Shown in pieces: positions 30,537 through 39,336 of a stretch of 64,000 bases of DNA. The notes below the pieces were generated by a model, which did no database searches, had not been told where the DNA came from, and worked only from the letters and a program-made list of their open reading frames with translations. Source of the stretch: Candidatus Cloacimonadales bacterium (GTDB lineage: Bacteria > Cloacimonadota > Cloacimonadia > Cloacimonadales > JAIOQZ01); contig OY771587.1 of assembly GCA_963674825.1 (NCBI GenBank), forward strand, positions 3,829,011 through 3,893,010. Direction: 5' to 3'. Each line of letters opens with the position of its first letter. The stretch's first letter is position 1. Made by a program: the position numbers and the translations under genes.

Positions 30537-30539
30537 ACG

Positions 30540-32336
30540 CTATTCACTCTCTGTGGAATCGATACCGTGGAAGTATTTCAATTCCTGCTGCAAGTTTGCG
30601 GCTGCCTGCTTGAGCTGCCGGGTTGTCTTCTCGAAATCTGCGATGGAATCAGAGGTCTTGAAGGCTGTATTGTTGAGATCAGCCATTGCCGTACTGATCT
30701 GTCCCGCACCTTCGGATTGCATGCGAATCTGCGACTCGACTTCCTCGAATCGCGGCGTAAGCTGCTGTACCTTCTCGATGATCAATTCCATTTTGTTGAT
30801 GATTCCCTGCACGTCGGAAGCTCCATTTCGAACCTGACTCATGAACTTTTCCATCTCCATCACACCGGACGAGACCGAATTGTACATCTCCTTGATCATC
30901 GCACCAATATCCATAGTGGCTACCGCTGTCTGATCTGCGAGCCTGCGAATCTCACGTGCCACAACAGAAAAGCCTTTACCGTATTCACCGGCCTTTTCCG
31001 CTTCGATTGCAGCATTGAGCGAAAGAAGGTTTGTCTTTTCCGCCACTTTCTGGATGGTAGACGTGATCAGGTTGATATTTTCGGTACGCTCATTGATGAT
31101 CACCAGTTTGTCAGAAATCGAAATCGATGCGTCAAGTAGCTCTTTCATGGTGCTGTCCATACGCATCAGGTCATCGCGTCCCGTTCCCGCGAGATCGGCT
31201 GTAGCACCGGCAGAATCGGCAACCTGGCCCATGGTGTAAACCAGTTCTTTGGATGTCGATGAAATCTGCTGCGATGCCGCCACGACCTGATTGGTCGAGG
31301 CACCGAGGCCGTTGACGTTGTCTTGCTGCTGCAAAGCGGTTGCGGAGATTTCGGTCGCCGTTGAGATTAAGCTGATTACCGAGCGCTTTACTTCCAACAG
31401 TAATGACTGGAAGTGGCTCTTCATTTCATTGAATGCCGCGGCCAGCTGCCGTTGTTCTGTCGAGCCCCGCGGAACGAAACCGGCAGAGAAATCCCCACTG
31501 GCCATTGAATCGACCCGATCGCGAAGCTGCAAGACTGGCTTTGAAATATTATGCGAGAACCATATACCGAATCCCAGCGCTACCAGCAGAATCACCAGAT
31601 TGACCATCGCACCGGTTAAAAGCACATGCTGCTTGAGCCGCGCGGAGGCTTCGTCGAAACCTTTGTCGATCTGTGCCGTATGAGCAGTTGCTTCCTTCTC
31701 GATCTGGTTGTGAACCGGCATGAAATAGGCATCGATATTCACTGCAGCTGCTACAATCAGATTCGTATTGGCAATATGCTTTAAAACCATGAACTTCCGG
31801 CGTTCGATGTTATCTTTATCCAGGAATGTGTAGTATCCCTGGACATTATCTTCGTCAAACGAGCGTTCCACAAGCTTCCACATGACGGGATATTGCTTCT
31901 GCCACTCGCTGAAATTGCGTCCTTCGACGTCTGTATTGGGATGGAGCACGGAAACGCCTTTGTTGTCCAGCACATCCACATAGCCGGCTTTTCGGAAATC
32001 AATGTAGATATCCTGCGTGCCGATCGTGCGTAGTTTCTCGTCCATACGAAGACGATCGTAGTTATAATAGTCCCGGCCCTTGAGGTTCCAGGAAAGCTCC
32101 ATGGCAACGAGTTGCGCCTGCATATCGACGAGTTTTTCCCCGTAGTGACTGAGCTCCGTTTCGGCCAGGTTGCGGTTGACCTCGACGATGGAATTAACCT
32201 GCTCGTGTGAGAAGGTGCGCATCTCGCTCATGATGGTCGAAAGGATGATGCTGGTCAGTATTCCGGCACTGATCATCACCACCAAAATGATGACCAGATA
32301 GGAGAGCATCAGGCTTGTTCGGATTTTCAAAGACAT
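30540..32336 (-). CDS. Methyl-accepting chemotaxis protein (two TM helices, HAMP, MCP signalling domain); ORF-track start 32456, real start likely MSLKIRT at ~32336
   Basis: GGGAG RBS before the internal ATG. MCP highly conserved domain LLSLNAAIEAEKAGEYGKGFSVVAREIRRLADQTAVAT. Confidence 0.8.
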   Translation of the reverse strand: MSLKIRTSLMLSYLVIILVVMISAGILTSIILSTIMSEMRTFSHEQVNSIVEVNRNLAETELSHYGEKLVDMQAQLVAMELSWNLKGRDYYNYDRLRMDEKLRTIGTQDIYIDFRKAGYVDVLDNKGVSVLHPNTDVEGRNFSEWQKQYPVMWKLVERSFDEDNVQGYYTFLDKDNIERRKFMVLKHIANTNLIVAAAVNIDAYFMPVHNQIEKEATAHTAQIDKGFDEASARLKQHVLLTGAMVNLVILLVALGFGIWFSHNISKPVLQLRDRVDSMASGDFSAGFVPRGSTEQRQLAAAFNEMKSHFQSLLLEVKRSVISLISTATEISATALQQQDNVNGLGASTNQVVAASQQISSTSKELVYTMGQVADSAGATADLAGTGRDDLMRMDSTMKELLDASISISDKLVIINERTENINLITSTIQKVAEKTNLLSLNAAIEAEKAGEYGKGFSVVAREIRRLADQTAVATMDIGAMIKEMYNSVSSGVMEMEKFMSQVRNGASDVQGIINKMELIIEKVQQLTPRFEEVESQIRMQSEGAGQISTAMADLNNTAFKTSDSIADFEKTTRQLKQAAANLQQELKYFHGIDSTESE

Positions 32337-32444
32337 CGTGACTCCCGGTTGGTTTCCTTGCAGTAAAATATGACAGCAGGCTGTTTTGGCGTCAATCTTT
32401 TCTGCGTTCCTTCTGCTGATGCGATGTTCTTGATGCATCGTATA

Positions 32445-32478
32445 TAAAAAAGCCACCGTCGATGATGACGATGGCTTC
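32445..32478 (-). terminator. Rho-independent terminator (minus strand) after the PPAD-like gene
   Basis: Minus strand: GAAGCCATCGTCATCATCGACGGTGGCTTTTTT. Confidence 0.5.
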
Positions 32479-32505
32479 TATTGTAACATTCTGATCGAAT
32501 TAGTA

Positions 32506-34626
32506 CTATTTGAACATTATCAGCTTTTTGATCTTGGTCTGTCCGGTGGTGTTCATCTTGAGGAAATACACACCGGAAGCGACGGTGCGGCCACTCTCGT
32601 CCTTACCATCCCACTGAACAGTGTGGTAACCCTGATCAAGCCTGCCATCCTGCAGCATGCGAACGCGCTGTCCACGGATGTTGTAAACCGAGATTTCTAC
32701 CTTCTGCTGATCGGCAAGATAGAACTTCACATTCGTTTCACGGCCAATCGAGCGATCGAAGGGATTCGGGAAACTACCCAGAAGCAGGTTGCCCTGGAGG
32801 ACTTCTCCCTCATCGTCGATGGACGACGGTTCATCGATGGTGAAACTATAGTAGCCGGATGCAGGAACGACAGTCTCGTTGCCAGCGAAATCAATCGCAG
32901 CGATTTTGTAGTGAATCAGGTCGTTCTGTTCAATGCCATCCGGGTTGAATATGCCATTCCAGACCGATTCGAACGAATCGGATTCGGTAAACGCGATGGG
33001 AGTTTGCTCGACTGCGTTGATCATAAAGCGCATCTCAACCGTCGCAACACCTGCGTTGTCAGTGACAATCGCGCTGATTGTCAGCGGTAGTTCGTTGATC
33101 GGAGTATCTGCGATTTCGTCAAACTCGATCGCGGGAGCTTCTGTGTCTTCCGATGTCGTGTAAACATGCGGATCCCAGCTTCCAATATACGGATGGTTCG
33201 CACGTTTACCTGCCTCATCCAGCGCGTGGATGTAGTAATCGACTTCTGTGTTCGGCGCAATACCAGGGATCGAAGCGGTATATTCGTCGCCACCGGTACC
33301 CGTCATAATGACAGATTGCCATTCGGCATCGCCAGCTTTATAGAACACGCGTACTGAATCGGCGACCAGCGCTTCGTTGCTATAAGGATGAATCACCGCT
33401 GTAATCTCGACATCCTGCAGGGCCGTCTGAACACCGTCTACCGGCATGTGATGGACGTAAAGCATATGCTCGTCCGGAATTTCGTGAACACGGCAGTGCA
33501 GCGCGTCGGTATCGTACCATGCGCTCGACTGAACACCGACAATCTGATAGCCTGGCATCGCTTCTTCGTATGTTGCAAGCGCTTCATCGTCCCATTGATT
33601 ACCCGATTGCGGCACATAGACCTTATTGTTGAGAATCAGCGAGTTCGTATAAGGGGTGGGATAATTGTTTCCGCCGGGAGAATAGACACGATATACCTGA
33701 TACGGCGTGCCCCATGAGCTTGTCGATGTCGCGAAATAATCCGCCAGAAACTCGTAGTCATCGTAGCGCGGATCGCTTTCGGATACCTGACCGAGGAGAA
33801 TTTTATCTACATCGAGGAACTTTCCCCAGCAGTCAACGTGCTTGATGTAATCGGCAAGCGGATCCAGCGTGACATGGTAATTGGTGATGCCACAATACTC
33901 TTCGATCAGCTCGTGGATTGTCTCATCTGGAGCAGAGTTTTCATCGTAAACCAGATCGGTTGAGACAGCCTGTCCGAGCCCGTCGCACATATAGTTACCA
34001 CCGGTATGCGTGATGTTCATGCCGTATAGCGGCAGTGAATAGGCATCAGCAAATTCGATGGGAATGTCGTTGTCATTGGGACGCGGACGGTTGTACGGGA
34101 AATTGATGACGGCGAGTTCGTCGTTGCCGTCGAAGATGAACCAGGGACCATAATCACGAGTCCAGTGCGAGTCGGTTGCCGCAATCAGGAACTCGATGTT
34201 GTCCATGTTGACACCGTTGCTCTGGAAAGAGCTTGTCGCACTGTTTGCCTGAGACTGACTGGAGGCGATCACCACCACCTTTGCTTCCTGCGACATCTCC
34301 ACGACCAGTGCCATCGGGATACCCAACGGGTAGCGGATCAGCCCACCGTACATCGGCTCGAATTCCGCGACCTGGCGGATCGGGCCAACTGGGGGATCAG
34401 TAACATAAAAATCTCTACCGATTGTCTCGGAACGTGCCTGTTCTTCGGCTGTCATCCAGTGCGGTAGTGAGTTGGGATATTTCTCATACCATTGTTTTGT
34501 GCGTTCTTCCAGCGTCGTATCCGCGAACAGAATCGAACCCAGCATAAGCAGAACCAGCGCTGAAACCAGAACCTGACGTATCTTCACATTTCCTCCTCGA
34601 TTTTCATCTATCGTTTTGCATACCAA
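32506..34626 (-). CDS. Secreted agmatine deiminase/Porphyromonas-type peptidyl-arginine deiminase (PPAD) family protein with Ig-like domains and a T9SS C-terminal sorting domain
   Basis: Signal peptide. HWTRDYGPWFIF (W-x-R-D-x-G-P motif). ...THTGGNYMCDG... C-terminal catalytic-Cys context DALHCRVHEIPD. C-terminus FPNPFDRS...ISVYNIRGQRV...GVYFLKM...KKLIMFK. Confidence 0.7.
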   Translation of the reverse strand: MVCKTIDENRGGNVKIRQVLVSALVLLMLGSILFADTTLEERTKQWYEKYPNSLPHWMTAEEQARSETIGRDFYVTDPPVGPIRQVAEFEPMYGGLIRYPLGIPMALVVEMSQEAKVVVIASSQSQANSATSSFQSNGVNMDNIEFLIAATDSHWTRDYGPWFIFDGNDELAVINFPYNRPRPNDNDIPIEFADAYSLPLYGMNITHTGGNYMCDGLGQAVSTDLVYDENSAPDETIHELIEEYCGITNYHVTLDPLADYIKHVDCWGKFLDVDKILLGQVSESDPRYDDYEFLADYFATSTSSWGTPYQVYRVYSPGGNNYPTPYTNSLILNNKVYVPQSGNQWDDEALATYEEAMPGYQIVGVQSSAWYDTDALHCRVHEIPDEHMLYVHHMPVDGVQTALQDVEITAVIHPYSNEALVADSVRVFYKAGDAEWQSVIMTGTGGDEYTASIPGIAPNTEVDYYIHALDEAGKRANHPYIGSWDPHVYTTSEDTEAPAIEFDEIADTPINELPLTISAIVTDNAGVATVEMRFMINAVEQTPIAFTESDSFESVWNGIFNPDGIEQNDLIHYKIAAIDFAGNETVVPASGYYSFTIDEPSSIDDEGEVLQGNLLLGSFPNPFDRSIGRETNVKFYLADQQKVEISVYNIRGQRVRMLQDGRLDQGYHTVQWDGKDESGRTVASGVYFLKMNTTGQTKIKKLIMFK

Positions 34627-34794
34627 TTCATTCTATTTTGCACGAAGCATTCCAATACGAAGCTTTTCAGCGTAATCGATCTGTCAACCGAAAAGCTCGG
34701 CGCCCCCCCTCTGACCATCGTTCAGAAAATCATGTATAAATGCACGCTTGCATTTGCGTACTATGAATTTCTTGTTATTATATCCTAAAATGAT

Positions 34795-35031
34795 TTGTAC
34801 GGAGCTGAGATGAAACCGCAGAAGACACCTCTTATCATACAGTTGCTGACGCTGTTCGTAGGATTTATCTTCCTTTGTGTCATTTATCTAGCGTTGAGCG
34901 ATATATCGCATGGTCAGAAGCCTGACCTGACAGGCGAATGGGATCTGGTGCAGATCGGCATTAAAATCGTCGGCGGCGCGATACTCATCTCCATTATTAT
35001 CAGCGCGCTAAACCTGTTTCGTAAGAAGTAA
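34795..35031 (+). CDS. Small two-TM membrane protein, hypothetical
   Basis: GGAG RBS. Hydrophobic LIIQLLTLFVGFIFLCVIYLAL and IKIVGGAILISIIISAL. Confidence 0.35.
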   Translation: MYGAEMKPQKTPLIIQLLTLFVGFIFLCVIYLALSDISHGQKPDLTGEWDLVQIGIKIVGGAILISIIISALNLFRKK

Positions 35032-35211
35032 ACAACCAACTACTACTGCAACTCCAACCTATTCTCTTGTGATACAGTATCAATTATAGCATTCTTTTGT
35101 CAGGATACTGCCTGACGCTCCTATCATGGCCGTGTAAGATTGAGGCACAGAACTAAAAATCTTGACAATGGCTGACTTTGTTTAGAGAAAGAGAAGAAAC
35201 AGGAGGATTTT

Positions 35212-35793
35212 ATGAAGAAAATCGCAATTGCATTCCTACTATTAATTTCCATGTCATGCAGCTTTCTTGCTGCTCAAGCCAAAGTCCAGCTAAATCTCGG
35301 TTTCGACTTCCCCGGTAAACACAAATTTTCATATCATGGCGATACTGCTGAATATGACACAGATTTTGGTATTTCACCAGCGCTTGAAGTGGTATTCCCT
35401 GTCGCACAGCAGATTATGTTGGGATTAGGCGCTGAGTATCAGGTTGAACGCGGTATTGACGAAGATTTTTACGGTGACTTCTCACCGAAATACGGCTTTA
35501 TTCCCTTTTATGGGACGGCAAAAGTACAACTGGTCCCTGAGGGTCCGATTATTCCAGAACTTTGCGGACATGTAGGTTATTCATTCATGTACGCAAATGA
35601 TGATTACAAAGGCAATGACACCGTAGAAGGCGGTTTTTATTTCGCTATCGGTGGCGGCATCGCTATAAACAATAAGTTTGTCATCAACATGCTTTATCGA
35701 TATCAATCGGGATCGATTTCGAGCAGTTTTTACGACGAAACAACTGAGATTACACAGACACAGTTCACGATGCAAATCAGCGCTCGTATATAA
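35212..35793 (+). CDS. Small outer-membrane beta-barrel protein, paralog A of 3 (8-strand OmpW/OmpA-TM-like)
   Basis: AGGAGG RBS. Signal peptide. Conserved Q.NLG.DFPG.HK, GGGIAI.N.FVIN.LYRYQSG, TQTQFT.QI.AR. Confidence 0.6.
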   Translation: MKKIAIAFLLLISMSCSFLAAQAKVQLNLGFDFPGKHKFSYHGDTAEYDTDFGISPALEVVFPVAQQIMLGLGAEYQVERGIDEDFYGDFSPKYGFIPFYGTAKVQLVPEGPIIPELCGHVGYSFMYANDDYKGNDTVEGGFYFAIGGGIAINNKFVINMLYRYQSGSISSSFYDETTEITQTQFTMQISARI

Positions 35794-35816
35794 AAACTCT
35801 CATCTATGGTATCAGA

Positions 35817-36395
35817 GTGAGAATAGCAGGAATACTCTTCGCGATCATTTTTATTCCGATCGCATCGCTGCATGCTCAGGTCCAGGTTAATCTGGGCCTG
35901 GACTTCCCCGGCGAGCACAAGTGTTCCTGCAACGGTAACAGCGATATTTACAGCAGCACAACCGGTGTATCTTCATCGTTGGAAGCCTTCTTTTCCATTG
36001 GACGTTACGTCAAGCTGGGGCCCGGCCTGGAATACCAATTCGAACGTGAAGTCAAAGACGATTCTTATGGTGACTTCGAGCCCAAGTTTCGATTTGTCCC
36101 GCTCTATCTTACTACCAAGATCGGGCTTCTCACTGAAGGATCTTTCATCCCCGAGCTCAACCTGCATATCGGCTATAACTTCATCCATAGCAATTTCGAT
36201 TACGCCGGCTTTTCTGATGTAGAAGGCGGATTGTATTTCGCGGCTGGTGGTGGTATCGTGATCTACGATCACTTCGTTCTCGATCTGCTGTATCGATATC
36301 AGCAGGCTTATATTGAAAGTGGATACGAAAATTGCAACTATACAAAAGACGTGACGCAGACCCAGTTCACGCTACAGATCGGCGCACGCCTGTAA
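35817..36395 (+). CDS. Small outer-membrane beta-barrel protein, paralog B of 3 (GTG start)
   Basis: Same motif set as paralog A (QVNLGLDFPGEHK...GGGIVIYDHFVLDLLYRYQQ...TQTQFTLQIGARL). Confidence 0.55.
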   Translation: MRIAGILFAIIFIPIASLHAQVQVNLGLDFPGEHKCSCNGNSDIYSSTTGVSSSLEAFFSIGRYVKLGPGLEYQFEREVKDDSYGDFEPKFRFVPLYLTTKIGLLTEGSFIPELNLHIGYNFIHSNFDYAGFSDVEGGLYFAAGGGIVIYDHFVLDLLYRYQQAYIESGYENCNYTKDVTQTQFTLQIGARL

Positions 36396-36407
36396 CAAGG
36401 AGAATTC

Positions 36408-36983
36408 ATGAAGAAACTGGCACTGTATATGGCACTATTTCTCTCGATGACTTTCATGCTCGCGCAGGAGAAAACAATCGTGCAGGTTAATGTGGGAATC
36501 GACTTTCCTGGACAGCAAAGTGGTACCCTGGACGGACACACGGAGAATGCCGATACACTACCCGGTATTTCACCCTCTATCGAATTCATGTATAAAGTCG
36601 AAGAAGTCTTCCTCATGGGAGTCGGCTGGGAATACCAATTGGAACGCGGCATTGAAGATTCAGGCGGAGCAAAATATCGTTTTATGCCTCTTTACGTGAC
36701 CGGGAAATACCCTTTAATGAAAGAAGGCTCGGCCATTCCGGAAATCAATTTCCATATTGGATACAACTTCTTAATAGCTAACAGAGATTACAAAGGCAGT
36801 GGTGATACACGTGGCGGATTCTACGTCGCCGGTGGAGGTGGAATCGCTATAGAGAATACATTCATCATCAATCTGCTTTATCGTTATCAATCCGGCGCGA
36901 TCAATTACAAATACTACGATAACAGCATCAAAATCGATATCGTACAGCAGCAGCTGACCGCACAGATAGGTTTCCGATTCTAA
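36408..36983 (+). CDS. Small outer-membrane beta-barrel protein, paralog C of 3
   Basis: AGGAG RBS. Signal peptide. QVNVGIDFPGQQS...GGGIAIENTFIINLLYRYQSG...QQQLTAQIGFRF. Confidence 0.6.
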   Translation: MKKLALYMALFLSMTFMLAQEKTIVQVNVGIDFPGQQSGTLDGHTENADTLPGISPSIEFMYKVEEVFLMGVGWEYQLERGIEDSGGAKYRFMPLYVTGKYPLMKEGSAIPEINFHIGYNFLIANRDYKGSGDTRGGFYVAGGGGIAIENTFIINLLYRYQSGAINYKYYDNSIKIDIVQQQLTAQIGFRF

Positions 36984-37097
36984 GCGGCTCAGGCAATTTT
37001 TACAGGTGATAGACTTCGTGTTTGTCATCTGTTTTCATTTCATTTCATTGACAATTTCTGCGGCTGTCATTTTCTTGAATGTTACAAAAAATGGGAG

Positions 37098-38627
37098 ATG
37101 AATATGCAACGAATTACTCTGATAGCGATCCTGCTACTCTCTACTGTCATGCTCAGCGCTGCCGTAGTAAAAATTATGTCTTACAACTCTTTGAACTTTA
37201 ACGATGACGATACAGATAGACTGGACGACTTCGAAACCGTGTTCGATCAAATTTCACCCACTATCCTGGTTATGCAGGAAATGGTTAGTGAAGACGGTGC
37301 AGACCTCATGATTGAAGCGCTCAACGACGATTACGATGACTATGAGAGATCGCCGTTCATCAACGGTAACGACTCCGATCACATCCTTTTCTATAAATCC
37401 TCATGCGTTGAATTCATTGACATGGATTATATCGAGACCGACCTGCGCGAGATCGCGGAGTACGAGGTTGAAATCTTCGGCGTGCCACTCAATATCTATT
37501 CCTGTCACCTCAAAGCGAGCCAGGGCGGCGACAACGAGCAACAACGGCTTTACGAAGTCACGATCCTGCGCAACCACCTGAATGCGCTTCCCAGCGGTAC
37601 AGAGTTTATCATTGTTGGCGATATGAACATCTACACCAGCAGCGAATCGGCCTATCAGAAATTCATCGCCAGCGAATCGGACAACGATGGAAGAGCTCGA
37701 GACACCATCGATGAAATCGGAAACTGGCACGACAACGCGCAATTTGCCGACGTACACACCCAGTCAACCCGTACCGATCAGGTTGGTGGCGGAGCTACCG
37801 GAGGACTCGACGACCGCTTCGATTACATGTTCATCAACTACAACATGAACGACGGCGACGGAATCGATTTCATCGAAGACAGCCTTGTACCGTACGGTAA
37901 CGACGGAAACCACCTGAACGAATCGATCAACGAAGGCAACAACAGCGCAGTCCCGTCCTACGTAGCAGACGCGCTGCATGACGCATCCGATCACCTCCCG
38001 GTTTACGGGCTGTTCGAGACCTGCGACATGCCGGTCGTTACGCTCGATTATCTGCGCGTGAATATCGACGCCACCATCGAATGGCAGACCTTCGATGAAG
38101 ATGACATCCTGGGCTATAACCTATACCGTTCATCAACCAACAACCTCGACGACGCTGTGCAGATCAACCAGGAAATGATCGAGGCAACCGGCGATTCAGA
38201 GCAGGAATACACATTTGTCGACGAATCCGTCCCTACCGGGTACTGGTACTTCTGGCTCGAAATGCTCGGGCTCGATGGCCAGAGCGAAATGTCTTACCCA
38301 ATCTACCACGGTGTCGTGGCAAACGACGACCCGACCGTTCCGGAATATACCGGACTCTCCGTTCAGCCTAACTACCCCAATCCGTTCAATCCCGAGACGA
38401 CCATTCGTTTCTCAATTGCAGATGCTTCACAGACAAACGTCGCCATTTATAATATCCGTGGTGAAAAAGTCAGCACGCTTCTGAATGAACATGTTGAAGC
38501 GGGTGCTCATGCCGTAACATGGCACGGAACGAATGCTCAGGGCGAGACACTCGGATCCGGTATCTATTTCTGTCGAGTCAAGACGGAGACCCAAACAAGC
38601 GTTATCCGCATGCTCATGATGAAATAA
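37098..38627 (+). CDS. Endonuclease/exonuclease/phosphatase (EEP) family secreted protein with FN3-like domain and T9SS C-terminal sorting domain
   Basis: Signal peptide. EEP N-terminus VKIMSYNSLNF...ILVMQEM and C-terminal catalytic DHLPVY. CTD PNYPNPFNPETTIRFS...AIYNIRGEKV...GIYFCRV...RMLMMK. Confidence 0.75.
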   Translation: MNMQRITLIAILLLSTVMLSAAVVKIMSYNSLNFNDDDTDRLDDFETVFDQISPTILVMQEMVSEDGADLMIEALNDDYDDYERSPFINGNDSDHILFYKSSCVEFIDMDYIETDLREIAEYEVEIFGVPLNIYSCHLKASQGGDNEQQRLYEVTILRNHLNALPSGTEFIIVGDMNIYTSSESAYQKFIASESDNDGRARDTIDEIGNWHDNAQFADVHTQSTRTDQVGGGATGGLDDRFDYMFINYNMNDGDGIDFIEDSLVPYGNDGNHLNESINEGNNSAVPSYVADALHDASDHLPVYGLFETCDMPVVTLDYLRVNIDATIEWQTFDEDDILGYNLYRSSTNNLDDAVQINQEMIEATGDSEQEYTFVDESVPTGYWYFWLEMLGLDGQSEMSYPIYHGVVANDDPTVPEYTGLSVQPNYPNPFNPETTIRFSIADASQTNVAIYNIRGEKVSTLLNEHVEAGAHAVTWHGTNAQGETLGSGIYFCRVKTETQTSVIRMLMMK

Positions 38628-38647
38628 AAGGTTCTGAAAATATATTG

Positions 38648-38677
38648 AAGGCAGGTTTGACAACCTGCCTTTTTTAT
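38648..38677 (+). terminator. Rho-independent terminator after the EEP gene
   Basis: AAGGCAGGTT-tgac-AACCTGCCTT then TTTTT. Confidence 0.6.
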
Positions 38678-38735
38678 TTGGACCGATAATCACCTACTTG
38701 GCAAAAAAAAACGGCAGGTGCGGATAAAAACGTAC

Positions 38736-39194
38736 CTACCGTTCCAAGTCGATGTGCGATCCGGAAGTATTTTCAACCGGATCTTTAAGCTTTTGAATGG
38801 ACCGATCCTTTCCCTGGATTTCGTAACCGAACAAACTTCTGCTGTGAACCCTTTCGCGCTCTTCAAGTGATGAAAAGGACGAAGGGGAAGACTTTTGTGC
38901 TAGGCTGTGGGAGTCTTCCCCTTCCGCTTCGCGTAAGTTAACAGACTCTGCGGAGTTCGGATCTGGAGACGAACCGGAGTTTGGCATTTCCGCTGTAAGC
39001 CCATCTCCTTTCCCGGTCTCCTGCAAAGCCGTCTTCACTTTCTGTGTAGTTTGCCAATCGTTCCTGACTTCCCTGTCCCGAGTCTCCTGCGATGTCCCAT
39101 CAAGGTTCTTCCTTTTGGCTCTCTGGCCGTTGGAAAGCGAAGCATGATTTCGCAAAAAACTCAACTCTCGAGGGATTGTCATAAAATCCTCCAA
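38736..39194 (-). CDS. Hypothetical hydrophilic Ser/Glu-rich protein; coding status uncertain
   Basis: ORF only. Low-complexity composition, no signal peptide, no recognisable motif. Confidence 0.2.
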   Translation of the reverse strand: MEDFMTIPRELSFLRNHASLSNGQRAKRKNLDGTSQETRDREVRNDWQTTQKVKTALQETGKGDGLTAEMPNSGSSPDPNSAESVNLREAEGEDSHSLAQKSSPSSFSSLEERERVHSRSLFGYEIQGKDRSIQKLKDPVENTSGSHIDLER

Positions 39195-39336
39195 TGTTGA
39201 AGTCAGAATCGGCGTCTTTTCAAGGTTCTACATCTTCTTATCGGTTGCCTAATCCGCACTCTTTAGGTAATTTTTCATAAAAAGCGTGTTTTTTCTTTGA
39301 CGTTGCGCCTGCCGTGGAAATATACAGAGATTATTA

